NCBI GenBank assembly: GCA_963693365.1
Contig: CAVNZM010000002.1
Location: 11,960,328 to 12,024,327 of the forward strand
Direction: 5' to 3'
Length of the DNA: 64,000 nt
Source: Amoebidium appalachense
Taxonomy: Eukaryota; Protista; Ichthyosporea
Positions 34,027 to 64,000 of this stretch are shown piece by piece (position 1 is the stretch's first letter; each line of letters starts with the position of its first letter). A program made the translations under genes and the position numbers. The notes beneath the pieces are model-generated. The model did not search any database. It was not told where the DNA came from and saw only the letters and a program-made list of their open reading frames with translations.

Positions 34027-35203
34027 CGGTTTGGTCCGACACCTGTGGGGTTGGTTCCCACTTGTCGCTTACGGGGTCGTATGCACGACCTTCCGCCAGC
34101 GCGAACAGTTCGCAGAAGAGCTCGATTTCCATCTCGCATCGGCGTTTGCGCTCGAGCAGTTTCTCACCAGAAAACATTGGTTCCTTCGTGTCCGTGTCTA
34201 TCACGCTCGTAGCATCGTTTTCCAACTTTGCGAGGAACTCTTTTGCCTTGCTGATGCGTACACGACAACGTGTGGCGCACGCATTCTTAGCAGACACTTT
34301 ACGTTCTTTGTCTGCTTTCTGAATGTTTTCCGGCGCGCATGGGTCGTAGCTTGGGAGGTGGGTGAAGAAGCTTCCACACCCCTTTGTCGCGTCACGGATG
34401 AACGCACGGTTATAGTCGCCCCGTACTGCTACTTCCAGCACATCGTATCCAATGAAGGACAGACAAAGGATGCGAGAGCACCGGAAGCCGAGAGCCTTGA
34501 AGATGGACCACATGGCCCTGTGTGGGCGTCTGCCGTGCTTGACTTTGAAATACACCCTCTCGTATTTGGGTGGGATGTTGATGTTACCGTTTGCTTGGGT
34601 GTTCCCCTTAGCCGGCGGTTTGGGAGGGGAGTTGCGGCGGTACTCGTTGCCTGCAAGAATGCTGGCATATGTTTCCTTGGCAATTTGGCGGAGCTCGGGT
34701 GTTTTACGAGAGTTCGCATATTCTAGGAACTCTGCCGGGAGCTGTGCTTCCGGTCCTGTGTTGTTTTGTGTTGGGGTGGAAATGTCTCCGTCGCGAGATG
34801 TTTGCTCATGAGTTTTGGGGTTTTGCGATCCACTAATGTTTAGCTGGGCTGTGAGTGAATCAATGGTGAGCTTGAGTTGGGTATTTTCTGTTTGGAGTTT
34901 TTCTATCATGTTCTTGAGTGGTAACAGCTCATTTAGCTGTTTCTTAACGAGGGCAAGTTCTGCCAGTACTGTATCAACCGAAAGTTTCGGCATGGTTGTT
35001 ATTGTGTTTCTACGGAGTGGTGTGGTGTTATTCTGAATGGGTAGTGTATTGTAAATAGGTGTTGCGCTTAGTCTAAGGCGATGTTTTTCTGGTTGTGCAT
35101 CTGTGGTAGGTGTATCTGCTGGACGTTTTAATGGTCGCACATGTGTGATGGGTGTAGATGGAACTTTGAAAGAGGTTCTGAAACGATTATAGGCATGTGC
35201 CAT
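34019..35203 (-). CDS. LINE ORF1 protein (394 aa; coiled coil plus RRM-like region)
   Basis: Heptad region LAELALVKKQLNELLPLKNMIEKLQTENTQLKLTIDSL and region RVYFKV...ILCLSFIGYDVLEVAVRGDY. Lies directly upstream of and overlaps ORF2. Confidence 0.8.
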   Translation of the reverse strand: MAHAYNRFRTSFKVPSTPITHVRPLKRPADTPTTDAQPEKHRLRLSATPIYNTLPIQNNTTPLRRNTITTMPKLSVDTVLAELALVKKQLNELLPLKNMIEKLQTENTQLKLTIDSLTAQLNISGSQNPKTHEQTSRDGDISTPTQNNTGPEAQLPAEFLEYANSRKTPELRQIAKETYASILAGNEYRRNSPPKPPAKGNTQANGNINIPPKYERVYFKVKHGRRPHRAMWSIFKALGFRCSRILCLSFIGYDVLEVAVRGDYNRAFIRDATKGCGSFFTHLPSYDPCAPENIQKADKERKVSAKNACATRCRVRISKAKEFLAKLENDATSVIDTDTKEPMFSGEKLLERKRRCEMEIELFCELFALAEGRAYDPVSDKWEPTPQVSDQTDA

Positions 35204-35575
35204 GACATGGATGGGGGTGTTCCCCGGCCCTTAGGGCCACGGATGGCCTGGTTTAGGGGTGGATGCGCGAAGGATACTATTTATTAGCAGATAATAAAAA
35301 GCGACATTTGAATCGATGTGTGCGACTGAATCGATGTGTGCGATATCTTTGGCAGCGCCACTCGCCCGCCAGATGCATCATATGCATGTCTATGATGCAT
35401 ATGGCTGCTGGCAGCGTGCAGCGTGCGATTGCCTTGGATCTGTGGCATGGGTTGTTGTCTTTCAAAGGTATGGGCGGGTTGGCATTTTACTATATATATT
35501 AATGATTACATGTATCGATATCATAGCCAAATGGGTACCGGTCCATGTATAACAGCTAAATTTGCCCTCCCCCCC

Positions 35576-35613
<38 letters not shown>

Positions 35614-35634
35614 CCCCACCACCACCACCACCAC

Positions 35635-35667
<33 letters not shown>

Positions 35668-36187
35668 AGCTCACTCACACGTTGTACACGAATTCTGCGG
35701 CAGCTTGCCCGAGGCTCCCATGATCATCTAGTATTCGAGGTTGTACGGAGATCTATTGCACCTATTGACCAATCATACATTGCCAAAAGCCCGCCAAAAA
35801 TTTCATGATGACGTCAGAACAACATGGCCGCATATACATGTGTACACGCCCGATCAACAGACTGTAACCCTTACCCATGGCCACACCCCTGCATTCATGT
35901 GACAATACGTCTTATACGTACTTGCAAATCTTAGTATTTAAGGGTAATATTGGCACAGGTGTGATTGGTGCAGAGTATACTGAAGTGAATTTTTTTCCCC
36001 CTCACACCTCTACTCACTCGCGAGCTCAGGCGTCAACATTGATCCGACAACCAGTGGTGGCCAACCACCCTCCACGCTCAGGTTGTCTCCTGATTCTTGC
36101 CATGATTACCCCAGGAAACACACGCGCACGCACACACACACACACCCTGTACACACGCACACACACATACACACACACACACACACG

Positions 36188-36260
<73 letters not shown>

Positions 36261-36842
36261 ACACACGCGCGCACACACACAAAGTGTGTGCCTTCAACCT
36301 GGCGTTTGGTACCTCAAGACTCGAACGGCACTCCACCGTTTCGCTTCTACACTTCTTTGCTTTTCTCCCAGCCCCGTGTTAATTATCCCCGTCCCCTTCC
36401 CCTCTTTCTTCTTTTCGCCCTCCCGTTCTTTCTACACTTCCCTTAGCCTTAACCCTCTTTGCACTCACTCTTTTTGCTCCTCTCAAGGCAATTCGTGATG
36501 AGAGCTGGAACCCCGTTATCTCTGTGCTCGCTCTTTGCGCTCTGCGATTATCCTTTAAACATCTCAAGATCTGGTGCTTGCCCAGACGATGTTACGGTAT
36601 CCTTGACTGTGAACAAGGGGAACCTCTCACGGCCCCGTAGTACCCCTCCTCCCAAGCAAATGCAGAGTCACCACGCACGCGCGCGCACGCACGCACACAC
36701 ACACACACACACACACACAAGCACGCGTACATGTGCACACACAAGCACGCGTACATGTATACACATCTACATACACCCACCCACCCACTCACCCCTACAC
36801 CCAGAGAATAAAAGGAAGAGAGAAAATGAGAGAGGGTGGGGC

Positions 36843-36897
<55 letters not shown>

Positions 36898-36948
36898 AGG
36901 GAGAGGGAGGGAGAGGGAGAGAGGGAGGGAGGGAGGGAGAGGGGCGGG

Positions 36949-37001
<53 letters not shown>

Positions 37002-37852
37002 TGTGTGTGTGTGTGTGTGTCTCCCTCTCTCTCTCCTTCTTCCCCCTCCCCCCCCTTCCCCCCCCCCCCCCCCCCCCTCTCTCTCGGTGTGTGTGTGTGT
37101 GTGAAGTGTGTGGGAGAGGGAGAGGGAGAAGGAAAGGGAGAGAGGTGTGGACAAAGGCACACGAACACATCCAAGCAAGCGAACACTTACGAGCATACAC
37201 CCAACGCGCTTCTACATGCACACGAGCCTTAACAGGCTTAAACACACAGGCAGAAAGAGAAAAGCAAACACACAAACACACTTTTACACACCTTTTACAC
37301 TTTCTACACTTCCATGCTGTATAAATACACATGGACACACAAGTCCCTCCCCGCCCCGCCTCCCCCCTCCTCCTCCTCCTGCTCCCCCCCCCCCCCCCCC
37401 CCTCCCCCCTCTTTCCCCCTCCCCTCCCCCAATCCTCCCTCCAGTCGTGTCTCTGGCCCCCTTTTCGTCCCTCTCCTTACCAGTTACCCTTCTGTTCCAG
37501 AGACCCCCCCCCCCCCCTCCCCCCCCACCAATAAAAACCCCCCTAATCTCCCCCCTCCTCTTCTACCTGGGTGCTGTGCCTTCTTCTTTCTCCAAGTACC
37601 TGCGGAATACTCTCACCTCTCTGTTGAAGCATTTTTGACTTCTCAGGCTCTGCAACTATTAACCCTCCTTATCTCTATTTTCCCCTCGACATCCTACGGG
37701 GTGCCCACTTTCTATGCTGTCTTAAAATATTTATAACAAGCATGTGTCTTGACATCTTGAAACCCAACCTGCATACCCTCATCTTCATTACCATATATCT
37801 AACCGCTCTACTTTTGGGGGGGGGGGGGGGGGGGGCAATCCAGATATCCACC

Positions 37853-63469
<25,617 letters not shown>

Positions 63470-63596
63470 GTGAGTTACTCCCCCCCCCCCCCCCCCCTCA
63501 CACACACACACACACACACACACGGTTTGTGTTTTGTAATTTGATGTCCCCTCTCCCATTATTCCAACTCTCGAATGCATACATCATTCCCTCCCC

Positions 63597-63637
<41 letters not shown>

Positions 63638-63866
63638 AAAAAATCTCCACCCCCATCCCCCCTTCCATACCTTGAATTATAGCTAGCACATACGCATCCA
63701 TGAGCACATGCCCCCCCACACACATGGAATAACACGCACACACACAGGGAGAGGGGGGGTAGTGTGGATCAGACCTTCTTTCTTACTAAGAGGAATGCAT
63801 TCTCCTTATGATATGTTTTGTTAGCAAAAGGCATACTCAAATTGACTCTTTTTTTTTTCGCGGTCA

Positions 63867-64000
<134 letters not shown>

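Larger units (their letters stand above)
30676..35218 (-). mobile_element. Non-LTR retrotransposon (APE-RT LINE), apparently full length
   Basis: ORF1 plus ORF2 (APE, RT), a 3' UTR containing (CA)n, and a 40-nt poly(A) tail (+ strand T30676-30715). Candidate 8-bp TSD gttccccg at 30668-30675 and 35219-35226. Confidence 0.9.

Noticed and set aside
35205-35262. HDV-like ribozyme at the LINE 5' end
   Set aside because: Short GC hairpins are present, but the nested double pseudoknot (P1/P1.1/P2/P3) could not be built

Overview
Eukaryotic genomic DNA with spliceosomal introns packed with (CA)n/(GT)n, (CT)n/(GA)n and C/G homopolymer runs. Gene content suggests an opisthokont, possibly a unicellular holozoan such as an ichthyosporean; this is inference only. 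Almost all ORFs in the supplied track are microsatellite artefacts. Real content reconstructed by hand: (1) a ~17-exon + strand bHLH-PAS(A)-PAS(B) transcription factor gene (~1723-16411) that needs an 11-nt microexon; (2) a weak candidate small-exon gene on the - strand (~18.4-23.5 kb); (3) a 2-exon 389-aa gene (26619-28070) with a possible divergent HLH; (4) an apparently full-length APE-RT LINE on the - strand (30676-35218) with a frameshift just before YADD; (5) an importin-5 gene (37853 to beyond the window end, 24 exons seen) containing an AT-AC U12-type intron; (6) a 77-bp hAT-type MITE and a foldback element. The most striking feature is a family of about 12 same-strand, 5'-truncated, 3'-anchored repeats. 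Nearly all end in poly-C tracts, they form head-to-tail arrays, and they share a ~155-165-nt RNA fold with compensatory changes. They resemble the 3' ends of a (C)n-targeting Penelope-like retroelement. Many splice acceptors follow (CA)n directly with no polypyrimidine tract, and many donors are followed by C-runs.
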